In this document: in pieces, positions 61,774-64,000 of the stretch
Layout: each line of letters opens with the position of its first letter
Position numbering within the stretch: position 1 is the stretch's first letter
Assembly (NCBI GenBank): GCA_965218095.1
Contig: OZ244587.1
Location: forward strand, 2,464,001 to 2,528,000
Reading direction: 5' to 3'
From: Candidatus Poribacteria bacterium
GTDB lineage: Bacteria > Poribacteria > WGA-4E > PCPOR2b
Length of the DNA stretch: 64,000 bases
Position numbers and translations under genes: made by a program
The notes under the pieces: generated by a model
Databases searched by the model: none
Told to the model about the DNA's origin: nothing
The model's input: only the letters and a program-made list of their open reading frames with translations

Positions 61774-62583
61774 CTACTCTTTCAAATCCGTCTTTTTCGA
61801 CGGCATGACAATAATCTCAATTCGACGATTTCTCGCCCTTCCTTCGGTGGTTTCATTCGTATCGATTGGGCGGTAATATGCATAGCCGGCAGCCGCCAAC
61901 CGGATTGCATCCACACCGGCGTGCACTTGCAGGTAGCGAACCGCCGAAATCGCTCGCGCCGTGGATAAGTCCCAATTGTTCAGGAGCGAACCTTTGAACG
62001 GAACGTTGTCGGTATGCCCCTCAACACGAATCTCCCGGTCTGGATAACGGTTTAGGAAGGTCTTGGCAATCTGATTCAGAACCCGCTTCCCATCAGACTT
62101 AATCTGCGATTTCCCGGAGTCGAACAGGATCTTATCCATTAGATTGACTGTCAATTGTCCTCTCAATTCCGTAATGGTAATTTCTTTATCCTGAATTTCC
62201 CGTTGCAAACTCTCACGGAGATCTCGAAATTCTTCTGCCCTGCGTTTTAACTCGTCCTCCCTCCGCTTTTTCTCCGAAAGGAGTTTCATCTTCTCTGCTT
62301 CCGCTTTTGCTTTGGCTTCGCTCAAGTTGCTTGCGCGTGTCTGTATCTCGTCAATGGTATTCTCCAAGATCTCGATCTTGTTTCGCTTCGCTTCAAGTTC
62401 TGCACGGGTTGCGGTTAATTCGCGCTGGAGTTTTGCGGACCGGTTTTCATAAGCAATGCGACTGGCTTGTTCCGTCTCAAAATTCTTCTTGAACTTGAAG
62501 AGATAATAACTCATGGTGGTGACAAGAATAACTAGGACGAGCGCAGCAATGCCGCCGATGAGATAGAGTTGTTTCTTGTCCAT
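61774..62583 (-). CDS. OmpA/MotB family membrane-anchored protein
   Basis: N-terminal TM, coiled coil, ILFDSG, VEGHTDN, NWDLSTARA, GRARNRRIEI. Confidence 0.88.
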   Translation of the reverse strand: MDKKQLYLIGGIAALVLVILVTTMSYYLFKFKKNFETEQASRIAYENRSAKLQRELTATRAELEAKRNKIEILENTIDEIQTRASNLSEAKAKAEAEKMKLLSEKKRREDELKRRAEEFRDLRESLQREIQDKEITITELRGQLTVNLMDKILFDSGKSQIKSDGKRVLNQIAKTFLNRYPDREIRVEGHTDNVPFKGSLLNNWDLSTARAISAVRYLQVHAGVDAIRLAAAGYAYYRPIDTNETTEGRARNRRIEIIVMPSKKTDLKE

Positions 62584-62663
62584 CCGTTTCAGCTACCTCC
62601 GTTGTGCAACACGTAAAACGTGAGCAATGCGTAAAGAATGAACGCCTGAACTGCTCGCCCTGC

Positions 62664-63476
62664 TCACCGACTTCCCGGCTCACTTTCTCCCGCGTTTCCA
62701 CCGGCTTTCTGAATATGGTGATAGATAATCTGAAGTCCTTTCAACATTAACTCCGGGTCTACCACATCCACCAATTCCGAGCCCTGCGCAATCCGGTTTG
62801 CCAATCCCCCTGTGGCAATGACTTTTGCGTCCTCACTCAGTTCCGCTTTCATGCGGCGAATGATGTATTCCATCTGCCCGAGAAATCCGTAATAGAATCC
62901 GGATCGGACACAGGCGGCCGTGCTCTTGCCAATTACATCCGATGGCTGGGAAAGATCCACGCGCTTCAACAGGGCGGTTTTATCAAATAGCGCGTCCATC
63001 GAGATACGAATGCCGGGGGCAATCACACCGCCGAGGTACGCGCCATCCGCAGCGACGGCATCGAATGTCGTCGCTGTGCCAAAATCCACGACGATCAGGG
63101 GACCGCCGTAGGTACAATGTGAAGCAACCGTATTTGTGATGCGGTCTGCGCCGACTTCTTCAGGGTAGTCACAACGCAATTCAATACCCACATCTGATTT
63201 GGCAGAAACTACAATCGGTGTGAGATGAAAGTATCGTTCGCACATCCCAACAAACTCGCGCAGTGCCAGCGGGACGACAGAGGAAATAATAACTCCCTCA
63301 AAACCGGAGCGAGGAATTTTGTGAATGCGTAACAATTCACAAATTTGGGCACCATATTCATCAGCAAGGCGGTGCGGGTCTGTGAGAATGCGCCAACTGA
63401 TCTTGACCCGTTCACCTTCCAAAACGCCGATGACAATCGTGGTATTGCCAATATCCACAGCAAGTACCATACCCAT
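62664..63476 (-). CDS. coaX: Type III pantothenate kinase
   Basis: LAVDIGNT, SSVVP, VGADR, VDFGTATTFD, YLGGVIAPG, ATGG. Confidence 0.93.
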   Translation of the reverse strand: MGMVLAVDIGNTTIVIGVLEGERVKISWRILTDPHRLADEYGAQICELLRIHKIPRSGFEGVIISSVVPLALREFVGMCERYFHLTPIVVSAKSDVGIELRCDYPEEVGADRITNTVASHCTYGGPLIVVDFGTATTFDAVAADGAYLGGVIAPGIRISMDALFDKTALLKRVDLSQPSDVIGKSTAACVRSGFYYGFLGQMEYIIRRMKAELSEDAKVIATGGLANRIAQGSELVDVVDPELMLKGLQIIYHHIQKAGGNAGESEPGSR

Positions 63477-63506
63477 TTCTCCTCAATGCAAATTGTTGGA
63501 ATGTCC

Positions 63507-64000
63507 TTACTTTGAATAGCGACTTCTAACCATGACTTGAGACGCTTTGGCCACGGGAAGGTACTTCTTCAAGACCGTCTGAACTCTGGCTTCATTGAGT
63601 TGCTGCTGCGTGATAAGGAGACATTTTCCCGCTGAAGCGGATTTCCATTCCTGTTCAAAGTCGGCAATGGTTGGTCTCCTTTCGCCTCTATTGGCAGGGT
63701 TTTGCAGATAAATTCGTTCGGCTGTATCATATCCGATAACAGCCCACAGGTGTCGTCGATTTCCATACTGTAATAGCACGATGGGTACCCATCTTTGGAC
63801 AACAAATGCCTTGAGAATATCCGAATCGCAGTTGGACACAATACTGAGATTTCTGATCTGTAACCTCCCGTAGAGGGTCTCAAGTCGATCAGGGGTTTGT
63901 GTTTTGAAGGCAACATCCAAAGGTGCGAGCACCCCATATCCTCTAGGATTAATTTTAGCGGTCGGGGGTAATGAGCCCATCGTCGAAGTGGACAAAGTGG
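63507..64000 (-). CDS. Hypothetical protein with a C39-like peptidase C-terminal pattern; 5' end probably outside the window
   Basis: PIVLL...HLWAVIGYD...IYLQNP; no catalytic Cys visible. Confidence 0.5.
   Translation of the reverse strand, partial: TLSTSTMGSLPPTAKINPRGYGVLAPLDVAFKTQTPDRLETLYGRLQIRNLSIVSNCDSDILKAFVVQRWVPIVLLQYGNRRHLWAVIGYDTAERIYLQNPANRGERRPTIADFEQEWKSASAGKCLLITQQQLNEARVQTVLKKYLPVAKASQVMVRSRYSK

Overview
Bacterial chromosomal window (roughly 50% GC by eye) from an LPS-making diderm (Kdo synthesis, GT9, PorV-like barrels). The gene mix (PhyH dioxygenases, sulfatase-like, Gfo/Idh/MocA, TPP enzymes) is reminiscent of Ca. Poribacteria; this is an inference only. Housekeeping genes (dnaE, recJ-rel, rpmB, mtaB, coaX, ftsX, htpX, rbsK, kdsC-kdsA fusion, udg) are interspersed with many pseudogenes and fragments: a doubly frameshifted Type ISP restriction-modification enzyme, a TolB/M28/PDZ gene with two in-frame TGAs, a Gfo/Idh/MocA gene with an in-frame TGA, and PhyH, CadA, DppD, YgiT and IS5 remnants. 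Mobile DNA comprises an apparently intact IS4-family element with a 9-bp target duplication, a dead IS1-like element, a 264-bp TGT...ACA MITE with a 15-bp target duplication, several 56-165 bp IS-end relics and two families of REP-like palindromes. The best novelty candidates are a DUF488-like/heptad-repeat coiled-coil/HEPN-like protein (42906-44087), a small Cys-His papain-like protein (526-1002), a sulfatase-fold enzyme with Thr at the nucleophile position, and a window-wide C>T/G>A erosion signature. No CRISPR array, rRNA or tRNA was seen. All family calls are from motif recognition by eye, not database searches.
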